This document shows, in pieces, positions 1 through 11,774 of a DNA stretch of 64,000 nucleotides (within the stretch, counting starts at the first letter, position 1; the number at the start of each line of letters is the position of its first letter). The translations under genes and the position numbers were made by a program. This DNA comes from Macrostomum lignano. Taxonomy: Eukaryota. The notes beneath the pieces are model-generated. The model ran no database searches and was not told the origin of the DNA. It was given only the letters and a program-made list of their open reading frames with translations. Where the stretch lies: the NCBI GenBank assembly GCA_002269645.1, contig NIVC01001510.1, positions 124,001 to 188,000 of the forward strand, given 5' to 3'.

Positions 1-1058
1 CACGTGTGTACATTCCCCCAACTCCGGAACACTTGCGTGTCGACTTCATTCTTGCTAAACTGTTGAAACTGGTAAGACATCCTTTCGTTCCGCGCATTAA
101 AGTTATAAAGCTTTCTTGTGTGGAAGGGGTGAGGGAATGAAATCGAAGGGGTTGAAAGGAAGGCTTTCGCGCCAGCCAATGAGAGCACGGTGAGTTTTAT
201 GGTGGTCAAAGTTTGGACACGAGCGTGTGTACATTCTGGGCAGGGGTGGAATCTATGTATACTTTATCTATGGCGGGGCAGGGGGGGGGGCTTTGATAAG
301 TTTAGAAGCCCAAGCTTGCAGGTGTAAACAACTTGCTAATTGGATCAGAAATAATGTACATTTAACATTTGCCAGTCCACTGAAATGTGCATAGCAGCTT
401 TAGGCCGGAATTCCGAGAAAGGCAATAACAATTGAGGCGGGGCGAGGCGGGGGTAGTGTGGAAAGGCGCGGTTGGAGGGTTGAAGCCTGGGGGTAAGGGC
501 CAATAAATTAGCCTTTGGCTTACTACTACTGAACTGAAAGTAGCTTACGCGCAAATGTGCTGAGTGGCTCATCAAGTTATTCTAGAATCTGTGATCTGAG
601 ATTATTTAACAAGCCAACCAAGGCACCGCTTTAAGAAGATATTCAACCATTCCTTCAAGAAATTAAGTTTCCCAGTTCAATAAAATATCAGAAATGCCAA
701 GCGCTATAGTCGCCTATGTGACTACGAGTTCTCTTGTCCATTGTAGGTCCAACAGGCTTTCAATAACTACGTACAATACGTAAAACATTTTTACATAGTG
801 ATATTTCTACACGATTCGCTGGTGTTCTGGAATTTTACATTTAGGGCGCAGGAAAAAAATTGCTTCAGAGGGAATTCTTCTCTTGGTAGTAGTTAAAAGC
901 TATGAAAAAACGGTTTAGTTCAAGCAGATATTTGTGAAACAATATCGAGTTGACAAGTCTTGCATTCTTTTTTAGCGGTTGTATTTACCGTTTTATCATC
1001 TTACTCGTACCAGTTTATTAGAAGCGCGTTTAAAAAACGAATGAAAATAGAAATGCCG

Positions 1059-4000
1059 TCAACGAAACATGACCGAATCCAGATAGGAGCGCAGATTAGC
1101 GCGCACAGTGTCAACCGGGTAGGCGGCCCTGGCCTGCTGCACTAGTTCGGCGAACTGCACAAATTTTTGGCTATCCGGCGCCAGCTCCTCGCATACCGGG
1201 TGACAGGGACAGGCGAATGGCGATCTGTCAATGACGCACCGTTCAGTGCTCGGTTCAACTGAGGCTACCCAGGAAATCAGATTATGACAGGGGAAACTGA
1301 ACGGCGGCACGTGGCAAATCTCGCGCATCTGGGCTGGTATAGCGCGTAATTTAGTTTGCCAGGCTTTATTGCCACGAAGTTGTCGATTTTCTCGAGCAAA
1401 TGTTCGAACCTTGTCTCTGGCGCCTAGACAGCGGCCGAAAGCATCCTCGGCATCGCATTGAAAGCGGATGACGCAATAGCCGCAGTTAAGCTCGGGCTGC
1501 AACGGGTCGCGTGGCACGTGGACGCTGCGCAGCCGAGGAATCATTTCGCGTAGGGAGCCGATCAGCTGGGATAGTGGCAGTTGAGTCGGCAGATTCCAAA
1601 TTAATAAGAAAGGCGCCTGTTGTCTGGTAGGCCAGAACAGAAACCTGTCTGGCAGGCTTGAAGCAAACTCGTGACACGTGACTGTACTGTATTCGCGTAG
1701 GCACAACGAACCGACAACGGAATCATGAGCCGACTTGTCTGTTGGTTGAGCGCTAGTCTCTGCTTGAGTAGTCGCAGAGGCAGGTAGCTTTTCGGCTTCA
1801 ATCGCCGCCTCTACGCTTGGATTATGGGGCTTATTAGTTGAACCGGACTCAACCGTTCGAACAACAGTGTCTAGAAGAGCTTCGGCTACCTCTCGAACTA
1901 TGATGTCGACTGAAGCCGACTCATTAGTGTCAGACGGTGTTTCACTAGTAGTCTCGATTTTTCCCTCAACACCTTCGATAGCTTTGTCAGTAGCTGCTAC
2001 ATCAATAGTACCTAATTGCATAGACTCAACTGTCTGACCATCGCTATTCGATTCAACCTTCTCCGTCTTGTTTCTGTCCGGTTTTTCAACAGACTCGGTG
2101 ATCTGATCTACAGGATTAGAAGCCTCAGGCTTTTTACTTGCACCTGCTTCATTTGAAATAACAAGTGAATGGTTAACTACACTAGGCTTCGCGTCGGTCA
2201 CTGACACATTCTCAGAAAAGTTAGCTTCGTCAAAGACGTTGCTGGCAGAAGTTTTTTCGTCGATGACTGTCTCAAATAGAGCGCCAATTGGATCGGTTGT
2301 CACATCTCTGCCGGGTGCGTCTACTACATTATCTGCCGACATACTCGGATTCGCTGTGCTCACTGCCTCTTCCACTGTTTCCATCGAGTCGGCGAGTTCT
2401 GCATTCTGGTCGGCTGCAATCAACGCATTAGCTTCAGCTTTCAGGTTCTCAACGCAACTGACTTCAATAGAATGGTCTGCTGCTTCAGCATCTCTAACGG
2501 TCGCTTCATCAGCGGATTCAACAGCAATAGCATTCAATTCAATTGTTTTCGTCTCTGCTGCTGAATTTGACTCAGCCGATGTTGTTTCCATGCTCTCTAC
2601 AGCTGACTCGACTGGATTAATTTCTGCCTTAGCTTCTTCGACAGGTTTAGAATTTACATCGCTCATCGCAGATTGACTTGTACTGACATCTCCCAGTCCG
2701 TTTGACTCCGTCGACTCCGCTTCAGATTCTACCCTGAACTCAGCATCCGCATCCGGCATACCTCCAGAGTCAGAATCTGTCGCATCACTATCTTTAATAA
2801 TTGGGAGCTCCTTCTCCCAAACAACCTCGAATTCGTCGTCTAGAAACTCGTCTGCAGTCAACGATTTCTCGTCATTCAAATATAACTTCAACTTTTTCGC
2901 AGCCGATCTGGCCAAAAATTGTGCCACATCCATCAACCGAGACTTTGACAAAGACTTGCCAGGCAAAGGTGCCACTACAACGGCTTTGGAACCAGTGGAC
3001 GGATGCACTACCGCATAGCAACTTGCATAACAGTCCTGAAATATAACTTGAATACGATTACTTAACCAAATGCAATCAGTTTCTTTGGGAAAACCTGAAA
3101 TAACATAGTACGTCTCCAGTCCACTAGAAATATACCAACTATCTGATGATATTGAAATGGCAGAGGAGGCAGCAGAAACACAATTGCTGCTTCCAATAGC
3201 AGGCTGCCTGAGAAGCGAATCTGTCTGCTGAATCATTTTCAAGCCCAACAAATACAAGTTCGAGTCGTCTGACTGCTTGTCAGTTTTCCTTTGCCGGTCA
3301 GGCTGCAGCTGGGCTGCGGTGCTTGCTGCACCGTTCGATTGCTCTGCCGACCGTTTGACAGGCGCGGTAGCTGCGTCCGAGCGACGCGAAGATGACCCGC
3401 TGATTCGCCGCCGCAAAGAGCTACTATTCGGTGATTTTGATCTGTCAGCCTCGCTGGTGCGTTTGCGATGTCGCGATGATGAACTTTTGGAGCGAGACCG
3501 GCGGCTATGGCGATGACGAGAATTGCTTTGCCGAGACCCAGATCGCCGGTTGTCATGTCGGGATCGCCGCGATTCCGTGTGGCGTCGATGTCGAGATTCG
3601 TCACCCTTGGACGCTGATCGATCATCGGCCCGATCGCGTCGGTGACGCCGCGAATCGCTACGGGAGCTGGATCTGCCAAAGCGGCGGTGCTCCAAGCCGC
3701 TCGGCGATTTAGACTCGTTGTTAGACTGACGCCCCGATCTACTGGGTGATCTGGACGGCGATCGTCTGCCGCCGGTGTTGAGTCGGCCTAGATGCCGATT
3801 ACGATCGCGATCCTGATCGGGTGTAGAGTCAACCCAGAGCGAAGCTGGTCTTGGTGCTTGCTGGCGATGCTGCTGCATAAGCATTCGCTGTTGCTGCTGT
3901 TGTTGCTGCTGCTGTTGCTGTTGCCAGGCCGCCATAGAGGCCGAGTAAGCAGCATCGAATGACTGCTGCCCCGGCATCATTCCTGAGCTTATCGGCGGCG

Positions 4001-4937
4001 GCGGATAGTTAAACTGATGGCCAAACATTCCGGGTGGCATTACCGCCGCCATTGGTGGCGCGTTCCAATAAGACTGCGGCGCTATAGGGGGCGCCACACT
4101 GGCAGGATACTGCATGTATTGCGCAGGATGAGAGTATTGGGCCTGCTGAAATGTTACTAGCGGATGAGGATAATGCGCCTGAGCTACTTGGTTAAAAATC
4201 ATCATTGGCTGGGCTGGCTGGGCCTGCAGATGCTGTTGTAGCGGCGCCGGCGGCGGAGTCGACGAAGGCGACTGAAGCGACTCAGCTGGAGCCCACAGCT
4301 CAAAGACGGAGAAGCCGTCTGAAGAGGAGCTCAGCCGGTTGATGATTTCGGTACGATCGGCCGGGTTAGTCGGCACTCGGACAAAAGCGGCACGGGCGTC
4401 GCCCAGGCGTTCAACAATGCGCACATCGTCGACAGGAATGCGGCCGCCAGCGGCACCGTCGGATACGTCAGCGGGAGTGAGATTGTCTGGTAGGTTGTAC
4501 AGAAACACGAAATTCAAACGGCGTTTGTCAACCGGCTGACGACTGCCGCAGACGCCGTTTTGTATGTAGACAGGGCAGGCGGTGGAGCGGGCGGACAGGT
4601 GACGATAGGTGTCATCCCATTGGCTGGAGTCCAACTGGTCAAACAAGGCTACACAGCAGTTGCCAGGCAGCTCCGCGTAGTTAAGCACACGCGATCCCAG
4701 CGGATCCAGCAGCTCTCTAAGCTGACAGGCGATTCGATGCAGGAATACAAAGTCCGACTTAACCAGTTCAGGCTCCTCAGTGGAGCCGGATGCGGCGGAG
4801 ACGGCGCCTGGCCGTTTATCCGGCGGCAGCATCCGCTCCTGGTGTCGCTTGCCAAGCACGTGCACTTCGTAGCCTTCCCGAGTCATCATGCCCACCGAGC
4901 AGAGCTCGCAGTAGAATGGGAACGAATCGCGATCCAT
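1059..4937 (-). CDS. Intronless 1292-aa putative nuclear RNA-binding protein: U1/matrin-type C2H2 zinc finger, up to four RRM-like domains, P/Q-rich, RS-rich and acidic low-complexity regions (matrin-3/ZNF638-like architecture)
   Basis: Uninterrupted ORF. N-terminal FYCELC-x12-H-x5-H finger; RRM-like segments FVFLYNLPDNLT...AAFVRV, YYVISGFPKET and FLLIWNLPTQL...NCGYCVIRF; poly-Q then an SR/RH-rich block. AATAAA on the minus strand at 1014-1019, ~40 nt after the stop. Orthology not established. Confidence 0.85.
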   Translation of the reverse strand: MDRDSFPFYCELCSVGMMTREGYEVHVLGKRHQERMLPPDKRPGAVSAASGSTEEPELVKSDFVFLHRIACQLRELLDPLGSRVLNYAELPGNCCVALFDQLDSSQWDDTYRHLSARSTACPVYIQNGVCGSRQPVDKRRLNFVFLYNLPDNLTPADVSDGAAGGRIPVDDVRIVERLGDARAAFVRVPTNPADRTEIINRLSSSSDGFSVFELWAPAESLQSPSSTPPPAPLQQHLQAQPAQPMMIFNQVAQAHYPHPLVTFQQAQYSHPAQYMQYPASVAPPIAPQSYWNAPPMAAVMPPGMFGHQFNYPPPPISSGMMPGQQSFDAAYSASMAAWQQQQQQQQQQQQRMLMQQHRQQAPRPASLWVDSTPDQDRDRNRHLGRLNTGGRRSPSRSPSRSGRQSNNESKSPSGLEHRRFGRSSSRSDSRRHRRDRADDRSASKGDESRHRRHTESRRSRHDNRRSGSRQSNSRHRHSRRSRSKSSSSRHRKRTSEADRSKSPNSSSLRRRISGSSSRRSDAATAPVKRSAEQSNGAASTAAQLQPDRQRKTDKQSDDSNLYLLGLKMIQQTDSLLRQPAIGSSNCVSAASSAISISSDSWYISSGLETYYVISGFPKETDCIWLSNRIQVIFQDCYASCYAVVHPSTGSKAVVVAPLPGKSLSKSRLMDVAQFLARSAAKKLKLYLNDEKSLTADEFLDDEFEVVWEKELPIIKDSDATDSDSGGMPDADAEFRVESEAESTESNGLGDVSTSQSAMSDVNSKPVEEAKAEINPVESAVESMETTSAESNSAAETKTIELNAIAVESADEATVRDAEAADHSIEVSCVENLKAEANALIAADQNAELADSMETVEEAVSTANPSMSADNVVDAPGRDVTTDPIGALFETVIDEKTSASNVFDEANFSENVSVTDAKPSVVNHSLVISNEAGASKKPEASNPVDQITESVEKPDRNKTEKVESNSDGQTVESMQLGTIDVAATDKAIEGVEGKIETTSETPSDTNESASVDIIVREVAEALLDTVVRTVESGSTNKPHNPSVEAAIEAEKLPASATTQAETSAQPTDKSAHDSVVGSLCLREYSTVTCHEFASSLPDRFLFWPTRQQAPFLLIWNLPTQLPLSQLIGSLREMIPRLRSVHVPRDPLQPELNCGYCVIRFQCDAEDAFGRCLGARDKVRTFARENRQLRGNKAWQTKLRAIPAQMREICHVPPFSFPCHNLISWVASVEPSTERCVIDRSPFACPCHPVCEELAPDSQKFVQFAELVQQARAAYPVDTVRANLRSYLDSVMFR

Positions 4938-6605
4938 TGATTTGTTTGTTTATTGTCACTCTGTATTGTTAATGCACAGTTGTAATTGAGGTCAGCCAGC
5001 TGTGCAGCTGCCTTAGGTGCGCATTAGGTTGATATTCTGAAACTGTGTCGAATCTTGCTTTCAGTAATTTGAGCCTTGGAACTATTTACGCTTGATTGTA
5101 TGTTTCTTTATAGCAAGTGCTGAAATGGATCATGATTAATTTTTCAAGTTTTTCACTCACTTGAATCACAAAATTATTAATGCAGTTAAAAAATAGCATC
5201 AGTCCTCAGCATTAAATAATTGTTACTATTGCAACTAGATACTTTGCATTATAATATGTTAGGGAGCTAAGTCTATGATGAATATTTAACTGGTGTTTTA
5301 TGAATAATTTCCACTAGCTGTGCAATTTGGTTTTAACAAAAAAGAACTTGTTGGCTCTAGTTGCAACATACATGTGCAAACTCTGAAATTACACTGGTTG
5401 CAACACTAAGTCACCTGGTGCCACTTGGAATGGTTGAGAGACTAGCTGAGGATTTTCAGCAGTTGAGCTATGTCTATTATAAAGGCTTGATTAGAAAAAT
5501 TAGAGAAATTTGCAACAGGTTGTCCATAGTCTCTTGGCGCCACCTGCTGAAGGTCTAGAAGCTCCGCCTGGGTGAAAGTCAGTGACAAGCAAAGCTAGAG
5601 CTGATGCCAAACATGTGGTCAATGTGCTGATGAAATTTTAAGGCTTGGCAAAGCTGGAAGTGCAGTGCTGATTGATGCATAGTACATTGAATACAATAGC
5701 ACTTATGGGAAAAATCCAACATGGCAAAGTTGTTAAGAATCGACTGTAAAGTTGATTCTTGCTTGAAAGGTACACACGAAAAGTTAGCCTACATTCTTGA
5801 ATTTTGTATGCCTATATTGCTCCATTCTGGCATAGAAAAATTGCTAGGAGGGGGATCTTCCTTCCCAATTGGCAGTTTTGATAGGTAAAAGAATAGCTTG
5901 GTATTCCTATTGTAAAAATAGGGCCTAGAAATTAAAAAAACGGGCAAAATTTTATTATAAAATGTCCAACTGATATTTGTTGTATATTGTTTATTAGCTT
6001 ATTTTATAACATTAAAATTATACAGTTTTATAGGCCCCTAACATAGTGTGTAATAGTTTTGTCTAGCCTTTTTTTATTTGCTAGTAGAGAAGACAACTTC
6101 ATTAAGCAGACAAATATCTTTTAAGTCCCAGTTCTAAAATCTTGGCTTGCTAAAAATAAAAATACATATTTTGATTGAATAAGTTATATAAGCAGTATGC
6201 CATACTTTTACACTATGTATTGGGTAAAACAGAAAGTTCTCACCATTTGTGAAGCCTTCTATGAATTGAAGTGCTTAAAGTACATAGATTGGTACTATAG
6301 CACTGTAGCTAAAACTTGAATCTGGGTTGCTCTATGTCAGTCAATGACATTTATTTACCTCTGCACACAAACCTGGAAGCTTCTAAAAATTTCTGTAAGC
6401 TTAACATATTTAAAACCAACTAGAAAATCATGATATTGCACTTGTCTGAAAATTTCATGCCTACAAGTAGACCAACTTTTAAGATTAAATAAACATGTAT
6501 AATCATGTACTACAAACTCAATAAATATCTCACAATGATTAGAGAGAAAAGTTCTAATCTATAATCAGTTTCTATAGCACTTTTGGTAGCTCTGCAATGT
6601 CTTCA

Positions 6606-7880
6606 ATGGCTTTAACTCATTTGGAGAACCAATTAAGAATATGCCTGGTCTGCTTTAAAAAAGGAGCATCTCATGCATATATTCATGATACAAATATATA
6701 ATACATCAATTGACATTTTATTGAAAACATTGATATCACTAATAAAAGTCTCCTAGCATATTTATGCATTTGGTGTCATAAACTTCTTGATGTCAATAAT
6801 GGTAAGAAGCCAATGGATGCTCTGCCCAAATGATACAACTTTTCACAAGTGAAGCAAACAGTAGTTATACACCAAAATCCCTTATTCCAATGTGATCTAT
6901 GTGAAGTCACCCAGATGACTACAATTGGTCAGGGGCTTGGCTCTGCCAAAGTTTTGTCTTCTCCAATTGGCTAGCCAAAGACATCTAACAACCAGCTGCC
7001 TATAGCTTTGCTAGCCAAAATCTGCCAATACTGCCTTTGCATCCTCTAGCAAGGAATCAGTCACTGCTATACCATCACTCAATTCAGGGAAAATGTGCAC
7101 CATGTACTCTATAGACTAGCAAGGTGCTAAGATGCATGCAGCCAAAGTGATCAAGAGGATCATATTGATAAGCATAGTGATACTCAAATTCAATTAACTA
7201 CTTATGGGTAGAATCTGAAACTCAATGTCCTAGCTATATTACAAGCTAAAAACTTGGCTGCTTTCTATGATTTGCCCATCTCAGCATCTGAAATGAGTTG
7301 CTTTTAGCAGGTGCTAAGTCTAAGCAAATAGCAAACAAGGACTATAGCACAATAATTCTATAAGTAAAATGGGTAGAATTTAATTGAAGCAGGTCTAGAG
7401 TCAAAGTTGCAGCAGCTAGACAGCAGTCTCAGCAAACATTTTTGGTGATCAATACAGAGTTTGTGATCAGCAGCAGTCAGAAAAAGTGCTGCCGTTATAT
7501 TCTATAGGGACCTAATAGGTCTCATTGATTACATGCTGCAACATTGGAGGGTGCCTTTTGGTTCTAAGTTTGTTGCAAAAGTTGGAATGGAGAGTGGAGG
7601 AGATTTTCTAAAGATCCTAGCCTTTTAGTTGACATATCAACTGAGGCAAGTGACTTTGAGACAGCCTACCAATGTCTACTTAAGCAACTTTGCCAAAGGG
7701 GGTGTCAAGAGACTCGTGCTATTTAGAATTGTTCAAGGAGTAAAATAAATATATGCCAACCTTAAGACTATGCCAGGTCTTTTGAATATGAATGGCTTCT
7801 AATATTACTATTTGATAAGACATGAAGATGGCCAACATCTTAAAGTATGTTCCATGGGTGCTATGATCTAAAGATGAATA
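6606..7880 (+). pseudogene. Decayed Chapaev-like (CMC/Transib-related DDE) transposase
   Basis: Reading from ATG 6606 through stops: MALTHLENQLRICLVCFKKG...LCIWCHKLL...LPK*YNFSQ...FQCDLCEV...G*PK...KICQYCLCIL*QGISHC (Chapa-like Cys/His domain); LSLSK*QTRTIA...LIEAGLESKL; KVGMESGGDFLKI (7578 on, cf. IDGGGxFLK / FIDSSKxSLK); GVKRLVLF...K*IYANL (cf. ExYxN); DMKMANIL (cf. DLKxxNIL). The C-terminal catalytic part appears deleted. Motif matches are from memory of the family. Confidence 0.7.
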
Positions 7881-8399
7881 AAAATCATTAGGAAAGGTCC
7901 CACTCAGACTCCAACTCTTTATTTAAAGTTTAAAGGTAGATTCTATAACTTAATATATAGCTTATAGGCCAAAAAATATTATAAATAAAATGTCCTAATT
8001 TATTTAAACTATCTCACAGATAACAAAGTATGCCAGGTAGCAACTGCTTAGTAGCTTTTGCATTAATTTAGGACAAAGGGTTTGGCTTTCTTAGACCATA
8101 TTATTGCACTTGATAAGAGACTTGGATTTGTTTATATGAGCCCAACCTCAAAAGCCAGAACTCTGAGTGGCAGCCAAAAAATTCTGTCTAGCCATTAAGA
8201 CCAGTTTTGTGACAAGCCAAGGGAGTTGACAAGATAAATTGCATGCATGCTATGACAATTTTGGCTTTATTCTTATTTACTGCATGTTTTAAGGCCAAAA
8301 AATTAACTAGCAGCCTTATTGGAGCTTTATAATTCACTATCACTATCTTTGGCCTACTTTGCACAAAAATTGGCCATAGACCCTAGAACTTGGTCTACT

Positions 8400-9320
8400 C
8401 CTTTTGCATGACAATGCCAGTTTACACACAGCCTGCATTATGCCAGACCTATTGTGAGATTGGCATTCCTTTGGTTTACAATCACCTTCTATTTTGCCAC
8501 TTCCAGTTTACACATAGCCTGCCTTATGCCAGACCTATTGCGAGATTGGTGTTCTTTTGGTTTACAATCACTTTCCATTTTGCCACTTCCAGTTTACAAT
8601 CACCTTCAATTTTGCCACTTTTGGTTTTAGATCATCTTACATTTTGCTCAATTGCAGCGCAAAAATGGCATGTTTAAAACAAAAAACAAAAAATATGCAA
8701 AGTTGAAAGTGCAATTTGTTGGATGATGCTTATATATATATTAGCTTTGGTATACGATCATTTGAATGTGTAATGCAAATAGAAATGATCATGAACTGAA
8801 GCTAGGTTAAAATTAATATTGTATGTAAACATATGCACTTAAGGTAAACCATAAAGGTAATATTTCCAGCTTTGGTTTGCAATCATTTCAACAAAGTGCA
8901 TGTAGAAGTGATTGTAAACCAAAGGTGAAGGAGAAGGGGTTGAAAGTAAGGGAGGATTTTGATGCCCTCAATCTAGAATGATCATAGTTGTTTTCTGCAT
9001 GTGACTATTTGTCATAGTTGACACACTTTTCTATAGCCAGCTTTGGTTCAATATAATTTTAATAGGTAATACATGTTTTGGTAATTGTAAACCAAAGGTG
9101 ATATATATAAGCTGCCAGCTCAAACTTGCAACTTGACAATTGAAATTATTTGACAGGCTTTCCTACAGCTAGCTTTGCTTCACAATCATTTCAATGGGCA
9201 ATATACATTTGGGTAATTGCAAACCAAAGATGATATATATATAGGCTACCAACTCAAACTTGCAACTTGACATTTGAAATTATTTGACAAGTTTTCCTAC
9301 AGTTAGCTTTGGTTTGCATT
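8400..9320. repeat. Degenerate ~85-bp and ~130-bp repeats built on the motif CTTTGGTTTRCAATCA in both orientations (hairpin-forming units)
   Basis: Direct duplicate at ~8418 and ~8503. The ~130-bp units at ~9036-9310 and a related unit at ~8869 each carry ctttggtttgcaatca...gtgattgtaaaccaaag. Confidence 0.6.
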
Positions 9321-9971
9321 TAATTGGAAAAACTATTGGATTTTGTCTTACAATTGTTTTTAGTAGTGATTGTCACTATTTGAAGTAATTGATTGATTTG
9401 AGTCTCTATTTAAAGTGATTATTAACAAAAGGAATGCCGTGGGATCATTAGTATAAGGTACCACCTTATCCTTCTTACTTCCTAGACCATTGACAATTTA
9501 TAATTGTAAAACTACTTTGTTACCAAAGTGGCTAGCTGGCTTTTACCAAAGACAAGTACATTACATTATTTTTGAATTAGCTTAAAAACTCAAGATGAGT
9601 TTAGTAGGCCTTATAGGAAATATTATATTGAATTTAATGAATTAGCTTAAGAATTAGAATATCAATTAAGAAAGTAAAAAAACTGTTGCATTAAATTTGT
9701 TTAGGATATATGTTAATACTCTCACTACTTTAACATAGAAAATTTCAAATTAAATCCAATATTATATTCTACATTGAAATATCAAACATATATCAACCCA
9801 GAATTTGATGCAATTTTTATTGTGTGGAACCATGACTTAGCTAATTATGTTTTTATTAATACCAATTTAATAGCCTAAAAAATTTTGGGGAAAATACAGA
9901 AAGTAACCCTGACCCTATTAAATTAGATATAGGGCCTATTATTTTTTATATTGTATCCATAGGTACTATGG

Positions 9972-10681
9972 GTAACTAGTTGTTTTGCCTATAAACTGTT
10001 TTGGCCATGGACATTTTGCCCTTAGACCAGTTCGCCCACAGACTGTTTTGCCTATATAGACCATTTTGGCCATGGACCATTTTGCCTCCAATTGTCCCAG
10101 TTTGGCCAAGGTGGCAACGAATGCCTAAACTTGGAGAAAAGTAACTTAGAAGTAAAGGAAAAAAGAATAGTAGTGTATTGCAATACTGACTGACTGAGAA
10201 ATAATTATACATGTATATTGTAACTTCAATTCAATTCATTCTAGGCCAAACCTTTTCTCACCCTTTGATTGTTCAAATTGGCTTTAATTGTTGCACTTTT
10301 TTAAAGGAATAACTTTAAAAACTCATAACATAAGAATTCACAATTGTAATAAACAAAATTGCAATAATGCAATAACACAATTGTTATAGCAACAATTCAG
10401 ATCATTTTTGATTACACATTAAAACTAAAAATCAGCATTGAAGAAAAAATAAAGATATTAGGCCTATACTATATTGCATTGCTATATCTTTAAATTACAT
10501 CATAGGGCCTAATCCCAATTTTGGCCAAAATGCCTTCAGCCTACTGCTTGCCTAAGCCAAAATTACACTACACTACACTACAATAGCCAAACTGGTTTAT
10601 GGGCAAAATGGACTATGGGTGAAATGGTCTAGGGGCAAAATGTCTATGGCCGAAATGGTTTAGGGGCAAAACAACTGGAAT
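9972..10681. mobile_element. Non-autonomous fold-back/MITE-like DNA transposon with ~100-bp imperfect terminal inverted repeats made of ~15-bp subrepeats
   Basis: 9975-10080 (agttgttttgcctataaactgttttggccatggacattttgccctt...) is the reverse complement of 10590-10680 (...ggggcaaaatgtctatggccgaaatggtttaggggcaaaacaact). No coding capacity; TSD unclear. Confidence 0.7.
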
Positions 10682-11462
10682 TTGTACTAGGCCCTACATT
10701 ATCAAATAAATAAACAATCAAAAGCAAAGATACCTTAGACTTAGTCTGTGCTGTCAGACCACCTTACTCAAAATTTTCTAGATCTATCATACTATCTATG
10801 ACTACCAATATAATGACTTAGATTAAATTATCTAGAGTGACTAGACTATGCAACAGCAACAACAACAAAAATTCATCCAGATTTTCTAGGCCTACAAAAT
10901 TGCACCAGTAAACATGATTGTCCATACTTTCTGCTCTAATGCTTATGCTGCTCAAGAAAATATGCACAAAATGCAGCCAGTTATTAGTTATTAAGTTATA
11001 GATAGTGCCTGCACCATTTGATTTTTGTTTAGAAAATTTAGGCAAGTACAGTACAAAATAGACTTGAGTATCATGAGATCATAGTCAAGTGACAAGATAG
11101 TGGTGAGATAGACTGTTAACGGTGACAGACGTGGAAACAGGTCAAACAGTGAATGCAACTGACTGTTCTGTTTTGTTAAGCCAAACATTTTCATCGCAAT
11201 TTAAAAGTTTTTCAAGGTGTAAAACATTTAAAACTACAATTGAGCATTATTTACGTAGTATAAGAAAAACATTAATTCTTAGTAAATTTGTACATTAGTA
11301 GTCGACAAACTAATTGAAAATAATTCACAAACTAATCGAATAATTCACACAATACCTGCGCATTTTTTTCTTATATAATTTTTAACTTAGAAGACTACTG
11401 ACGCTCACTTTTTGTCTTCTTTTAGGCTTTTCACGAAGATTGGTTCCAGAACCAGAGTAATC

Positions 11463-11774
11463 CCGATTCCAGAACCAGAATCAGTAGGAAAATGAAAAGC
11501 TTCGAACCCATTCTGCGTTTGTCAGTCTTTCAAATTTTTTTTTGTCTTTCCTTGACTTTGTTTCCTCTTGGATATGACAAAAAAGGGAATAATTAATTAA
11601 ATAACAATTAAAAATTGATGATTTCAAACACATTTTACTGTTAAAGTGTGAACATCAAAACGTCCAGAAATTTTCTCAATCCAAATTCCAGAACCAGAAC
11701 ATGATTCTGGAACCGATTCTGAAAACGGAACAGCAATATGAAAAGCTTCAAACTGATTCTGGTTCTGGAATCGG
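11463..11774. repeat. 22-bp perfect inverted repeat pair, possible MITE
   Basis: ccgattccagaaccagaatcag (11463-11484) is the exact reverse complement of ctgattctggttctggaatcgg (11753-11774); further partial copies lie inside and nearby. Confidence 0.5.

Noticed and set aside
1-75. Possible exon fragment RVYIPPTPEHLRVDFILAKLLKL followed by GTAAGA
   Set aside because: Too short, truncated by the window edge, and no recognisable motif.
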